Below are positions 37,308 to 48,016 of a stretch of DNA of 64,000 nucleotides, in pieces. The DNA comes from Candidatus Poribacteria bacterium (lineage in GTDB: Bacteria > Poribacteria > WGA-4E > WGA-3G): NCBI GenBank assembly GCA_965198235.1, contig OZ240248.1, forward strand, positions 2,880,001 to 2,944,000, given 5' to 3'. Each line of letters starts with the position of its first letter. Position 1 is the first letter of the stretch. The notes beneath the pieces are model-generated. The model was given only the letters and a program-made list of their open reading frames with translations. It was not told the DNA's origin and ran no database searches. The position numbers were made by a program, and so were the translations under genes.

Positions 37308-38321
37308 TCAATCGTTAGACAACTCCTCAACGAGTCGGTTGACGATGTCTTTACTGGTGATATTCTCAGACTCGGCAGCGAAGGAGGTGATAACACGATG
37401 CGCCAGCACCGGATTCGCCACCGCAACAACATCTTCAAGTCGTGCCATGTAGCTTCCACTGAGTGCCGCACGGGCTTTCGCACCGAGAATTAGGTACTGA
37501 ACCGCCCGCGGACCAGCACCCCAAGCCACCAGAGGCTGCAACCAGTCAGGTGCTGCGTCGCCTTTTGGACGTGTACTTCGGGCGAGATCCACGGCGAATT
37601 CGTAGATATGCTCGGCGACCGGGATGCGACGCACAAGGTCTTGAAACGCTCGAACCCGTTCACCCGTCAGAACATGCTCCAGCGTCGGGAGGGACGCACC
37701 AGTCGTCGTGCGGGCAATCTCAATCTCTTCAAACCGCGCTGGATAGTCCACCTCGATTCTGAACATGAATCGGTCTAATTGTGCTTCCGGCAATGGGTAG
37801 GTTCCTTCCTGCTCGATTGGATTTTGTGTTGCTAAGACAAAGAAAGGGAGATCCAGAGAGTATGTTCTGCCGATGACAGTGATTTTGTATTCCTGCATTG
37901 CCTCAAGCATAGCGGCTTGTGTTTTTGAAGGGGCTCGGTTAATCTCATCCGCTAAAATGAGATTCGCAAAGAGGGGTCCCTTTACGAACTCGAACTCCCG
38001 TCTGCCTCCTGGGACTTCCTGAAGGATGTCGGTGCCGGTGATGTCCATCGGCATGAGGTCAGGCGTGAACTGGATTCGACTGAATCGCAACGCCATCGTC
38101 TCGGCAAATCGACTGACCAACAACGTTTTTGCCAAGCCGGGAACACCCATCAACAGCGCGTGCCCTTGAGAAAATAGACATATCGCCAAGTGTTCGATAA
38201 CCTGCTCCTGACCGATGATGATCCTCGCAAGCGATGCCTTTAACTGGTCGTAGACGTTTCGGAGTTCGTCAATTTCAGCAACATCGTCGGCATGCATTCC
38301 GTCATTTATTGGGGTCGCCAT
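37308..38321 (-). CDS. moxR: MoxR family AAA+ ATPase
   Basis: GVPGLAKT, RIQFTPDLMPMDITG, LADEINRA, ATQNPIEQEGTYPLPEAQLDRF. Confidence 0.95.
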   Translation of the reverse strand: MATPINDGMHADDVAEIDELRNVYDQLKASLARIIIGQEQVIEHLAICLFSQGHALLMGVPGLAKTLLVSRFAETMALRFSRIQFTPDLMPMDITGTDILQEVPGGRREFEFVKGPLFANLILADEINRAPSKTQAAMLEAMQEYKITVIGRTYSLDLPFFVLATQNPIEQEGTYPLPEAQLDRFMFRIEVDYPARFEEIEIARTTTGASLPTLEHVLTGERVRAFQDLVRRIPVAEHIYEFAVDLARSTRPKGDAAPDWLQPLVAWGAGPRAVQYLILGAKARAALSGSYMARLEDVVAVANPVLAHRVITSFAAESENITSKDIVNRLVEELSND

Positions 38322-38706
38322 AAAATTCCTTTTGTTTATTAGGAGTTGACAATTTTCGGTTTGCAGTCAGAAAAGCGTTCCCTTTCCGACATTTAAACGT
38401 GATATATGATCTCATTCAACTATTAGTGACGCACCTTGGCAGCGGAAATGGTGCATAATTTTAGAAAAAATCAAAAAACTACCTATACGCAAACACCAAG
38501 ACCCAAGAAAACCCTTTACTGCAGTTTGAACTTATTTAATCGAACTCATGCCAATTCTTAGTGACACACTTTTAGGGTGGAAAGGTTGCAGAATCTTAGA
38601 AAAGTCACCAAAGCACCCTAAGTTTTAACCTAAAAAATCGAATATAAGTATTCCACCGTAAGCTTTCTTTAAATACTTAAACCGAACCTACGTTACCGCA
38701 ACAGAG

Positions 38707-38722
38707 AGCAAATTCCGTGCCA
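38707..38722 (-). promoter_or_regulatory. sigma54 (-24/-12) promoter consensus
   Basis: Minus strand TGGCACGGAATTTGCT matches TGGCACG-N4-TTGCW, oriented toward moxR. Confidence 0.6.
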
Positions 38723-38847
38723 ATCTGAACAGGATCATACTGTCGGAATTTTTGGGGGAATACCCAACCCGTTATCCAACTTTATCTATCCAATTTATCT
38801 TGAAGATACATGTAAACGCGCCTGTAAAAATCCATATAGCGATTTCG

Positions 38848-40308
38848 TTAGTGCGAAGCGACACGCGGTATCATCTGAGGGTGTGCATAAACGGTTGCGT
38901 CGAAACTTTTCTCCATCAGTTCCCATTTGACGGCTTGATAATCGGCATGATCCGAAAGGTCGTTATGTTCCCAAGGGTCGTTGTCGAGGTCGTAAAGTTC
39001 GCAAAGCCCTTTTTGATGGTAGGTTACGAGCTTCCAGCGTCGGTCCCGATACATCGTGGCGTGTGTCCGGTCGGGCATTGAGATTGCATCGAAAAATTCA
39101 CAACGAACCGCTTCTCGATGCTCGTTGGCAGGAACATCCCCGCGCAACAGTGGTGCGAGGGATTTGCCTTGTACGTAGTAGGGAATGTCCACACCCAACG
39201 CATCATATAGCATAGGAACAATATCGAGCAGTTCAACGAGGGCATCACTCTGAACGTTTTGCAAGAACTGCGCCGGCCACGAAATCATGAGCGGCACCCG
39301 CACCGATCCTTCGTAAAAACGACACCCTTTGAATGCCAATCCGTGGTCCCCAAGTGCCTCTCCGTGGTCGGAAGTAAAGATAATAATCGTATCTTCACGA
39401 AGTCCTTCAGCATCAAGATAGTCGAGTGTACGTCCGAACTCATAGTCGAGTTGTTCAATCATAGCGTAATAAGATGCCTGCATCCGCTTGTCGTCCCACT
39501 CTGGAGGCGGTTTCGCCTGAGATTGAAAGTCGATACCCGCATCTGTTAATTTCGACTGAAAGGCAATATCGCTCTCCTGAAAGTGCGGACCGGGCAGTGT
39601 TTCCGGGTCGTACCGTCGATAATACTCCCATGGCGCATCAAACGGCGGATGTGGGTCAAATGGATTGATACTAAGCATCCACGGTTGATTTTCTCGGCGG
39701 TTTTTCCCAATAAATTCGATTGTTTTTTCGGTACACCAGTAGGTCTGATGGAGATGCGGTGGGACATTGTCAATATCCGGGGTCGGTTCTTGCACGCGTC
39801 CGGTCCTGTTCGGATACTTTTGGGAGATCGCCTTTCCCGCTATCAACGCTTCAGGATCAACCCCTTGCGCGCGTTGCCAATCTGCGTATTCGTGTCCGAG
39901 CGCGTTCGGCTTGCCGTGGTCGTGGCTATATTGGAAGTAGCGATATCCGTCATCCACGCGCTGTTCTTGGGCATCAAAAGCACTCGCGAGATGGAGTTTA
40001 CCGATTAACCCACAGTCGTAGCCATCTTGCGCCAGCGCATGCGTTATCAGTCGATCTTCATAATATTTGGGGAAAACCCGGTTGCCGTTACCAGTGACGC
40101 TCACGGCTGAAGGATACATACCCGTCATGAAGCTTGCACGAGAAGGCGTGCAGATCGGAGACTGGCAATAGGCGTGAGTAAACGTTACCGACTGCCCCAT
40201 AAATTCGTCGAGTCTTGGCGTGTTGATATACGGGTTTCCTAACGCTCCGATAGTATCGAAACGTTGCTGGTCTGTGCAGTACCATAAAATATTTGGACGT
40301 TTTTCCAT
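38848..40308 (-). CDS. Sulfatase (Cys-type, choline-sulfatase-like)
   Basis: RPNIL, DQQR, CTPSRASFMTG, GKLH, DPHPP, SDHGE, ELYDLDNDPWE. Confidence 0.93.
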   Translation of the reverse strand: MEKRPNILWYCTDQQRFDTIGALGNPYINTPRLDEFMGQSVTFTHAYCQSPICTPSRASFMTGMYPSAVSVTGNGNRVFPKYYEDRLITHALAQDGYDCGLIGKLHLASAFDAQEQRVDDGYRYFQYSHDHGKPNALGHEYADWQRAQGVDPEALIAGKAISQKYPNRTGRVQEPTPDIDNVPPHLHQTYWCTEKTIEFIGKNRRENQPWMLSINPFDPHPPFDAPWEYYRRYDPETLPGPHFQESDIAFQSKLTDAGIDFQSQAKPPPEWDDKRMQASYYAMIEQLDYEFGRTLDYLDAEGLREDTIIIFTSDHGEALGDHGLAFKGCRFYEGSVRVPLMISWPAQFLQNVQSDALVELLDIVPMLYDALGVDIPYYVQGKSLAPLLRGDVPANEHREAVRCEFFDAISMPDRTHATMYRDRRWKLVTYHQKGLCELYDLDNDPWEHNDLSDHADYQAVKWELMEKSFDATVYAHPQMIPRVASH

Positions 40309-40424
40309 CGTTACTCCTTTTTAGGGTCTTTCAGTAATCGGCTTTCAGTCAGACGTGTGGCTGTTGCCAACGTTCTTATCTATCATAAACAACTCTTTAC
40401 TGATTGCTAATGGCTGATGGCTGA

Positions 40425-41663
40425 TTATCCCACTATTTCACTCAGTGCCTCGTCAGTCGTGACGACATGTTTTCCACCTGAACCCTCGATTCTGGTTATC
40501 ATCAAGGCTTTAAGTTCTTTCAGCTCTAACGGTGTCAATTCTTCAACGAGAGGACTCTCAATAAAGTTCCGATAGGCGCGACTGGTATCCGTTTTCGGCA
40601 TGATGTACATCGGAATGATGGCTTGCAACATTGCTGCGCGTTTACGCTCCGTACGATTCACCCCCGCGCGATGCCAAATTCTGGAGTCATAGAGGATATA
40701 ACTTCCTCCCGGTGCCTCGACGACATCCGCATTGGGTCCATTGTAGGGCAATCCATGAGCAGCCCGATAACCCGGTTGTCGATAGATGTGTCCCGGGCCC
40801 CATTCGTCCGGTGGACCCTCACCGAATATATGCGATCCGAGTTTGAAACAGGTCGCCCCGTTCTCCTTACGGAATTCGGAAACACACAGATTGCGCTGAA
40901 CACCCATAACCAATTCAGGAAAGTTGTGGGGTGGTATTTCTGGACCGGTGCCACGCGTAGCGAAAATTCCCCAGTGGTAAGGGAAATCGGAATGCCAACC
41001 TTGCACATCTCGCTCACCATCGTCCGGCGTGAGTATCGCAAAACCGGGTGAATGACCGAGCCGAATTTCACTCGTTCGCATATACTGGCGCATCAGCCAT
41101 AAGGACACCGGTTCTGTTGCGGCTTGTGCGACAGCAATACTTTTAACCAGTGCTCCTTTGCTACGGTCATAGGTTTCGTGGTCCCACCGACCGGTACAAC
41201 TAACCCGCTCCAACTCTTCAACAATATCGGGTGCCATGATAGAGGGGAGGCAAACCCATCCGTTCTCCTTGAGGGATTTTAGATATTCTGACGGAAGATG
41301 TGCAGGTCCATGTCCAGCGGAGAAGATCGCACCTTCATTGGCTGCCACAGTCCCATCGCTGGCAACCCGAACTCCGTTATGCCGAAGATAACAACCCGTG
41401 GGAGGGGTGTTTTTGCTTGGGTGTTTCCCTGATACTTTATCAACTTCCACTTTAAGGACAAGATCGGTGACCACATGGCGATACGCAGTCCCATCTTCAA
41501 CTGACTCCCATATCGCTTTATCGTCTACATAATCAAAAACTGCAAGTCCATCCTCAGAGACACCAAGGAATTCACCGTTCGGGGTGCCCAACAACGTCCA
41601 ATGCGCTGACGGGCGTTCCACACGAACGACACGTTCCTGAAAAAGTTCATTCTCGTATGACAT
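40425..41663 (-). CDS. PhyH-family dioxygenase with extra N-terminal domain
   Basis: WHSD, ENGAT, LGSH, WHRAGVN...R; start after GGAG. Confidence 0.85.
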   Translation of the reverse strand: MSYENELFQERVVRVERPSAHWTLLGTPNGEFLGVSEDGLAVFDYVDDKAIWESVEDGTAYRHVVTDLVLKVEVDKVSGKHPSKNTPPTGCYLRHNGVRVASDGTVAANEGAIFSAGHGPAHLPSEYLKSLKENGWVCLPSIMAPDIVEELERVSCTGRWDHETYDRSKGALVKSIAVAQAATEPVSLWLMRQYMRTSEIRLGHSPGFAILTPDDGERDVQGWHSDFPYHWGIFATRGTGPEIPPHNFPELVMGVQRNLCVSEFRKENGATCFKLGSHIFGEGPPDEWGPGHIYRQPGYRAAHGLPYNGPNADVVEAPGGSYILYDSRIWHRAGVNRTERKRAAMLQAIIPMYIMPKTDTSRAYRNFIESPLVEELTPLELKELKALMITRIEGSGGKHVVTTDEALSEIVG

Positions 41664-41734
41664 AAATCTTGACTCCTTATTAGTTTCCACTAAGCGTACC
41701 CATTCGGACAGATTCACCGAAACGCGGTTATGCA

Positions 41735-42694
41735 CTACCACGCATACGCCTCTGGTGCTTCACCACCAGGACCCGCCCAAATCTTATCGAGCCTTGCGAT
41801 GATTTCATCGTCTAATTCCAATTCCAAGACCGATAAGTTCTGCTCAAGTTGTTCGACTGTCCGCGGTCCGATAATCGGCACTGTAACGTCCGGGTTGTTG
41901 AGTACCCACGCCAAGGCAACGTTCGCTGGCAGTTGTCCTATCGACGCGCAGAGTTCTTCATACGCTTCCAATTGTGATCGGTGTGTCTCAATCGTGTCTC
42001 TCAGTGATTCCCTGCCCCGTCGACCGGTAGTCGGGCTATCCAGCACACCGCAGAGCAGCCCACCACCCATCGGACTATATGGAATGACCGCCAAACCGAG
42101 TTCCCGGCAACACGGTAACACCTCAAGTTCAATTTTCCGACTGCGGAGATTATACACGCTCTGCTCTGAGACGAGACCGAGGAAATTGCGTTGGGTAGCA
42201 ATACCTTGTGCGCGGGCGATATGCCACGCCGCGAAGTTGCTACTGCCGACGTATGAAATTTTGCCTTCACGCACCAATTGCTCCATCCCCTGCCAAATTT
42301 CATCCCACGGCGTACGGCGATCAATATGGTGCATCTGATATAAATCTATATGGTCTGTTCGTAAACGGCGTAGACTGTCCTCACACGCGCGACGAATATG
42401 ATACGCCGACAGACGACCGTCATTGGGTCCCTCACCCGTCGAACCATACAATTTGGTCGCCAGAACAATCTGATCGCGTCGACTTTTATCCTCTGCTAAC
42501 CAGTTTCCAACGATCGTCTCCGTTAAACCTTCATTATAGATGTTAGCAGTATCGAAAAAGTTAATTCCGGCTTGCAGTGCCCGACTCAGCACCGGCAACG
42601 CATCTTCTTCGGACGTATGTCCCCCAAAATTGACGGTGCCGAGACAGAGACGGCTCACCCGCAGTCCAATCCGACCGAGATAGGTATACTCCAT
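41735..42694 (-). CDS. Aldo/keto reductase
   Basis: LCLGT, FFDTANIY, LATK, IDLYQMH, GSSNF, IIGPRT. Confidence 0.95.
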   Translation of the reverse strand: MEYTYLGRIGLRVSRLCLGTVNFGGHTSEEDALPVLSRALQAGINFFDTANIYNEGLTETIVGNWLAEDKSRRDQIVLATKLYGSTGEGPNDGRLSAYHIRRACEDSLRRLRTDHIDLYQMHHIDRRTPWDEIWQGMEQLVREGKISYVGSSNFAAWHIARAQGIATQRNFLGLVSEQSVYNLRSRKIELEVLPCCRELGLAVIPYSPMGGGLLCGVLDSPTTGRRGRESLRDTIETHRSQLEAYEELCASIGQLPANVALAWVLNNPDVTVPIIGPRTVEQLEQNLSVLELELDDEIIARLDKIWAGPGGEAPEAYAW

Positions 42695-42738
42695 AGCGAA
42701 TGCTCCTTATCTGTATAGATCTTGGTAACGTGAAATCC

Positions 42739-42800
42739 GGTAGCTAAGAACGTTTGCTAACCATTTTATCAAATTTTGGCTTTTTGATTAACAAAAATCT
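42739..42800 (-). promoter_or_regulatory. Conserved promoter/operator block, copy 2
   Basis: Similar to 20932-20993; TTAATC-17bp-TAAAAT with ATCAAA-N9-TTTGAT. Confidence 0.65.
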
Positions 42801-42875
42801 GTCACACTTTCGCTTGCCATGCCGATAAAGACATGATATATTGGTTTCGTATCCAAGCACGAAAGGAGATAACCC

Positions 42876-44351
42876 ATGCGAATTGCAGTCGGTTGTATCG
42901 GACACGAAACTAACACATTTTCACCCGTCCTGACAACCATTGATAACTTCAAAAAGGGGAGTTACCACCGCGGTGAAGAAATCATCGCCGCGTTCCAAGG
43001 TACCCGAACCATTACCGGTGGTTTCCTTGATGTCGCCGAACAACTCAATTTACAACCCGTCCCACTTCTGTGGGCGTTTGCGACACCCTCCGGCATGGTA
43101 GAGCAACCCGCTTATCAGACGCTTAAAACGGAGTTTTTGACGCTTTTACAGAACGCCGGAGAACTTGACGGGGTCCTTCTCGACTTACACGGCGCGATGG
43201 TAACAGATGAACTCGAAGACGCGGAAGGCGACTTGATTCAGGCAGTACGTGAGACAGTAGGTGAAACGTGGATCGTCACAACGCTCGACCTACACGCAAA
43301 TATCACCGCCAAAATGGCGTATTACTCCGACGTTATCATCGGGTTTGATACCTATCCGCACATAGACTGCTACGAACGTGGGTTTGAAGCCGGACAACTG
43401 CTCTTCGGTATGATCGAGAACAAAATTCGCCCCACAATGGCATACCGTCAACTCCCTCTACTGACCGCGCCCCCTGCACAGTGCACAATGAAATCCCCCA
43501 TGATAGACGTGATCAACGCACTTCATAACCTTGAAACCGAGCGCGGCGTTGTGACGGCAACCCTCTCTATGGGTTTTCCGTTTGCCGATATAACGGATGC
43601 CGGCGTTTCAGTCCTCGTTACCACCAACGGGGATGTGGCACTTGCCGAAGCATACGCGGATCAGTTTGCATCCAATATCTGGGAGATGCGCGAGCAGTTC
43701 ACTTTTAACCTGCACACTGTCGAAGCCGCAATTGAAATCGCTAGCCAAACAGATGGCAATCCGATTGTACTCGCCGACGGCGCGGATAATCCGGGTGGTG
43801 GTGGTCCCTGTGACGGCACAACGATTCTCCAAAAGTTTATAGAAGCAGACGTTCAAGACGCAGTGGTCGCGGTGATCGCAGATCCCGAATCAGTTGCCCA
43901 AGCAGTTGAGGCAGGTGTCGGAAACCAGGTCCAACTGCGCGTCGGTGGCAAAACGGACACGCAACACGGGGCACTCGTCGCGCTAACAGGATCCGTCAAA
44001 ACCCTCTCTGATGGCAAATTTATCCTCAAGGGTCCTATGGGGCGCGGCACTGTTGGGCAAATGGGCACAACAGCTGTCATCCAAGTGGGTGGGATTGAGA
44101 TTATCCTGACGGAAAGGCGAATCCAACCTTACGATGCTGAAGTGCTTCGGAGCGTTGGAATTGAACCGAAGGCGCGTAAACTCATCGCACTCAAATCCGC
44201 TGTCCATTTCCGCGCAGATTACACACCCATCGCACATCAGATTTTGGACGTGGATACCCCTGGCGTTCACAGCCCGAACCTTTTCAGTTATGATTATCAG
44301 AAGTTAAGGCATCCAATTTATCCATTTGATCCAACCGTTACTTACGGGTAA
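42876..44351 (+). CDS. M81 family metallopeptidase (MlrC-like)
   Basis: HETNTFS, LHGAM, LDLHAN, TYPHID, DNPGGG, LKSAVHFRA. Confidence 0.93.
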   Translation: MRIAVGCIGHETNTFSPVLTTIDNFKKGSYHRGEEIIAAFQGTRTITGGFLDVAEQLNLQPVPLLWAFATPSGMVEQPAYQTLKTEFLTLLQNAGELDGVLLDLHGAMVTDELEDAEGDLIQAVRETVGETWIVTTLDLHANITAKMAYYSDVIIGFDTYPHIDCYERGFEAGQLLFGMIENKIRPTMAYRQLPLLTAPPAQCTMKSPMIDVINALHNLETERGVVTATLSMGFPFADITDAGVSVLVTTNGDVALAEAYADQFASNIWEMREQFTFNLHTVEAAIEIASQTDGNPIVLADGADNPGGGGPCDGTTILQKFIEADVQDAVVAVIADPESVAQAVEAGVGNQVQLRVGGKTDTQHGALVALTGSVKTLSDGKFILKGPMGRGTVGQMGTTAVIQVGGIEIILTERRIQPYDAEVLRSVGIEPKARKLIALKSAVHFRADYTPIAHQILDVDTPGVHSPNLFSYDYQKLRHPIYPFDPTVTYG

Positions 44352-44495
44352 CCGATGTAATCTAAACTGATTATTGCTCTCAGCACGTTGGGTATCAATG
44401 CCGAGTGCGCGTCCGGCATTCGTCGGGGTTGAACGGAAATTTCTGTCGTGGTAGGTCAGAACCATGCGACCCATCGTCGATAATTGTAGTGAATT

Positions 44496-46058
44496 ATGAA
44501 AATATTTAGGCATTTCAGTGAGTTGGGACTGAGAGAACACCCCTTCCACCGCAGGCGAAGTTTCCTAACCTCGCCTGTTCACGTTGTATTGTTAATTCTA
44601 TATTTCACTATAGATGCAGGGGTAGTTCTTGCGCCTATCCCGTTCTTACCAACAACCGAAAACCGACAACCATTCAAAGGACAAGAGCAAGTGATAGAAA
44701 GACGTGTCACCGGAAACTATGAAATGAACCTGGTGTTAACTGGGAAGCCAGGCACTGCAGAAACCAAAATCTTCTTCTCCGGGGATACTATATCAGGAAA
44801 ACGAGCATATCTCACGATTTCCACGAAGGGCTTCAAGATCGCCCGCGAAATCGATGCTGACACGCGAATCTGGAAAACTTATGATAACATTGGAAAACCG
44901 CCGTGGAACGTCAGGATTCTAAAGAAGGGCAATTTTTTCAGGTTTTGGGTCAGCGGGACGACCGGCTGGATTCGAGGTCCTTTGGGTGAATGGGAGGATA
45001 TTCACGAACCGAGGGACAACCATCTCAGTGTTGAAACACCATCAGGCATCCAACTCCAATCCTGCACCATGGCAACCCTCCCATGGCTTCAAGAGATCAC
45101 CACATCGGTCATATCTTGTGGTCCAAAGGGCAGCTTCTATGAGGAACAGATCATACCGGGTGCGATCATTGAATACGACGGCTTGTATTACATGTACGTC
45201 ATGGCAGGGATGGTAGGCGACAAGGAGGGATCTTCAAGACGGACGATCGGTGTGGCTGTGAGTCCAGACCTGAAACAGTGGGAAGTGCATCCAGAACCCC
45301 TCATCTCCTATCTCGATACACCGTACGACAATCTGTATGTCAGCGGTGCTGTCGTCACAGATGAGAAGCGCGTCGCTATCATGTTCTCTGCGCAGAAGTT
45401 TCCAGAATGGCAAGGCTTTATGTTAGCAACAGCGAACCACCCGCTGGATTCATTTGTGCAGCATACGGACAATCCAGTCTATAAGCATCCCACGCATGCA
45501 CACGAGTTCGATCTCATTCGCGCTGAAGGACTACCGCATCGCTATCTCCTTTTCTACGCTGGATTTACGCCGGAGCCTCAGCACGGATCGGCAGGAGATC
45601 GAGGGTATCTACTCTACAGCGACGATCTGGTGAACTGGCACTCCGACAAACGGAATCCGGTCTTCAGTCCCGAAACACTGGACAACTGGGACGCGATCCA
45701 CGTCCGACCGAGATCTCTGAACAAGGTCGGTGATACATGGTATCTGTGGTATGAGGGATGCAACACATGGAAACCGGAGGGTGTGTCTCATCACGGTTGG
45801 TGGGATACGGTAGGACTCGCACGTTCAGAGGACCTCGTCAACTGGGAATACTACCCGAGAAACCCGACTCTACCCGGTCTCGGCATCAACGCCGACCAAT
45901 TCGACAGCAACTGGGTCGGCTGGCCACGTATGTACATCAAAGACGGTATCGGATACGTCTTTTATACAGGAAACGCCCAAGTCGGATTACGGACGATTCT
46001 CTTGGACGATCTCACCAACTGGCAAACAGAAGGCGGACAGATATTTAACTTACCATAG
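44496..46058 (+). CDS. Exported beta-propeller glycosidase-like protein
   Basis: YYMY, IGVAVSPDLKQW, NPV, WYLWYEG, GLARSEDLVNW, WVGWP; start uncertain. Confidence 0.72.
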   Translation: MKIFRHFSELGLREHPFHRRRSFLTSPVHVVLLILYFTIDAGVVLAPIPFLPTTENRQPFKGQEQVIERRVTGNYEMNLVLTGKPGTAETKIFFSGDTISGKRAYLTISTKGFKIAREIDADTRIWKTYDNIGKPPWNVRILKKGNFFRFWVSGTTGWIRGPLGEWEDIHEPRDNHLSVETPSGIQLQSCTMATLPWLQEITTSVISCGPKGSFYEEQIIPGAIIEYDGLYYMYVMAGMVGDKEGSSRRTIGVAVSPDLKQWEVHPEPLISYLDTPYDNLYVSGAVVTDEKRVAIMFSAQKFPEWQGFMLATANHPLDSFVQHTDNPVYKHPTHAHEFDLIRAEGLPHRYLLFYAGFTPEPQHGSAGDRGYLLYSDDLVNWHSDKRNPVFSPETLDNWDAIHVRPRSLNKVGDTWYLWYEGCNTWKPEGVSHHGWWDTVGLARSEDLVNWEYYPRNPTLPGLGINADQFDSNWVGWPRMYIKDGIGYVFYTGNAQVGLRTILLDDLTNWQTEGGQIFNLP

Positions 46059-46145
46059 CATATCCTTCCTGTAGAAGTGAACTCCGATTCTCCGACGGCT
46101 GACCTCCCTTCTTGTAGAAATATCTATAGATTCGCAAATCTGACT

Positions 46146-46285
46146 ATATTTTCACAGTTTTCATAGCAAATCCGAGAAATCAATAAGTGTCGTGAAAGGG
46201 GATAAATCCTCACGTGTATTGGGTTTTAGACGGTTTTCATCACAGCGTATTATGAAAGTTGCTATGAAAGTTGCTATGAAAATTT
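46146..46285. repeat. Dispersed repeat homologous to revcomp of 13381-13510
   Basis: TTTTCATAGCAAA...TTGCTATGAAAA termini with colinear interior. Confidence 0.7.
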
Positions 46286-46505
46286 CACACCGGTCTCTAT
46301 CAGTCATAAAACTTTCTCGGTGCTGGAGTGATAATTGTATATCTTCCTATCTATAAATGTTCCGAAGGATTCCTCACTTTCACGGAGGCTTCACGGAGGT
46401 TTTTACGGGCGTAGGCGTGCCGTGTAGGAGTGACCTTTCGGTCGCGACTCCTGCTGATAACGGACAACGCTTGTAACTGAACCAAAGACGTTGGCTAAAT
46501 AGACT

Positions 46506-47747
46506 CTACACACGCCTCTCCAAAACCACGCCTTCCCGTTCAATACGCTCGAAGGTCTCTTTGTATTCAAAACTGTGATCGTTATCCCAATACATCGTGG
46601 AAATAGGAGCGGTGTAGCTCATTGGAATCAGGCGACTCCGATCCGGACGGACCATGAAAAGCGAATTCTTCGGATCCGCGATGTTATACATATTCGTACC
46701 ATTTTTGAATTGGGATTTGAGAATCCACCGCTTCTGTTCCGGTAGATTTAAAGACTTCAGACGCTCTAATTCATCACGGTTCAGCGTCACGCCGAGTCCA
46801 GGAGATTCAGGGACACGCACAAATCCGTTAATCGGGGTCAATTTCTCGTTGACCACATCTGTTTTCCATGTCTCGGTATCCGAATGAAAATGAAAGGTCG
46901 CCGTTGGAAATGCTGTCATCATATGGGTTGTCATCGCACGCGTGATATTTCCACCCACGTTTTGAAGCATGAACGGACTTCCATTTGCCGCAAAAAGCCC
47001 AGCGCGTCGGATTGCATCACCGATCTTCGCGTGCCCCAGCATGTAAATATCTGCAGGTTTCATAAACACCTCGTAAGTCGCACCCATCGGAAAATGGTGG
47101 AGTACAATCGGCAGTCGTGAACGTTGGCGGAGTTCGATGTAGCCCTGTATGTCTTCACCGGGCAATGGATCTTCAAAGCAACCAGCGATCCGGTATTGAG
47201 ATAACGCATCAACCAATTCAGGAATGTGGTCATCTGTCCCACCCATCGTAAAATCGTAGTGGATTTTGAACCCATCCGGTGCAACGGTTTCCATCGCCTC
47301 GGTCTGGTCGAAGACATTTTCGAAGGGTGAGAGATGATATTTCATCCATGTGTACCCTTGCGCCGCATAAGTAGCAACGGTTTCTGCCATGCGCGCGGGG
47401 TCGGTCGAAACAGTCCAACAGCCGACAGGCACCCACGAACGATACTTTTGTCCGAATAACTTATACACCGGCACGCCTGCCGCCTTCCCCATCAAGTCAT
47501 ACATCGCCGTGCCAAGTCCAAGCGAGGCCTCATCTCCTACCCAGTCAAACGGATTTGTCCCGATGTACTGATCAATAATATCTTGAGGCTCGCGTCTCCC
47601 GCTCTCACCCAATCCCTCCAAGCCCGTATCCGTGTGGACAACATATACAGTACGCCGGATCGGACCGTAGTAGTGATTCAGTTGATAGGCGAGAAAATCT
47701 TGGTATTCAAGCGTGATCTCGTGAACTTCAATTTCTGTAATCTTCAT
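46506..47747 (-). CDS. Enolase superfamily (mandelate racemase-like) protein
   Basis: GLEGLGE, MYDLMGKAAGVPVYKLFG, KYH, EDP, PGLG. Confidence 0.85.
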   Translation of the reverse strand: MKITEIEVHEITLEYQDFLAYQLNHYYGPIRRTVYVVHTDTGLEGLGESGRREPQDIIDQYIGTNPFDWVGDEASLGLGTAMYDLMGKAAGVPVYKLFGQKYRSWVPVGCWTVSTDPARMAETVATYAAQGYTWMKYHLSPFENVFDQTEAMETVAPDGFKIHYDFTMGGTDDHIPELVDALSQYRIAGCFEDPLPGEDIQGYIELRQRSRLPIVLHHFPMGATYEVFMKPADIYMLGHAKIGDAIRRAGLFAANGSPFMLQNVGGNITRAMTTHMMTAFPTATFHFHSDTETWKTDVVNEKLTPINGFVRVPESPGLGVTLNRDELERLKSLNLPEQKRWILKSQFKNGTNMYNIADPKNSLFMVRPDRSRLIPMSYTAPISTMYWDNDHSFEYKETFERIEREGVVLERRV

Positions 47748-48016
47748 TATGACTCTCAGATATTGCGGACCAAAATCCTCTTTTGAGGACACCCAAACTT
47801 GTCCGAAGGATTCTCTTTCGTATTTTTTTGTCCTTGCATTCCTTCAACGTACCGAAAACTGAGCGACGCGACCTACCAATTTTACCCTCTACATCTGAGC
47901 GCGGTTTGCTACACGTGGTTTATAGAGTATTATATCGCAAAGCAGATGTCAAGGGCTTTGTTTCAAAAATGAAAGTTGTTTCAGTCGTGAAAACCGTTTG
48001 TTTCTGATGTTCCCAG

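Noticed and set aside
37221-37493. 90-aa plus-strand ORF starting MKLGFLKWHNLSLLYI in the repeat core
   Set aside because: The sister copy at 31521 stops after 16 codons and the rest is antisense to moxR
38536-38552. Second sigma54-like site
   Set aside because: Has TGGCATG but lacks the -12 TTGC element
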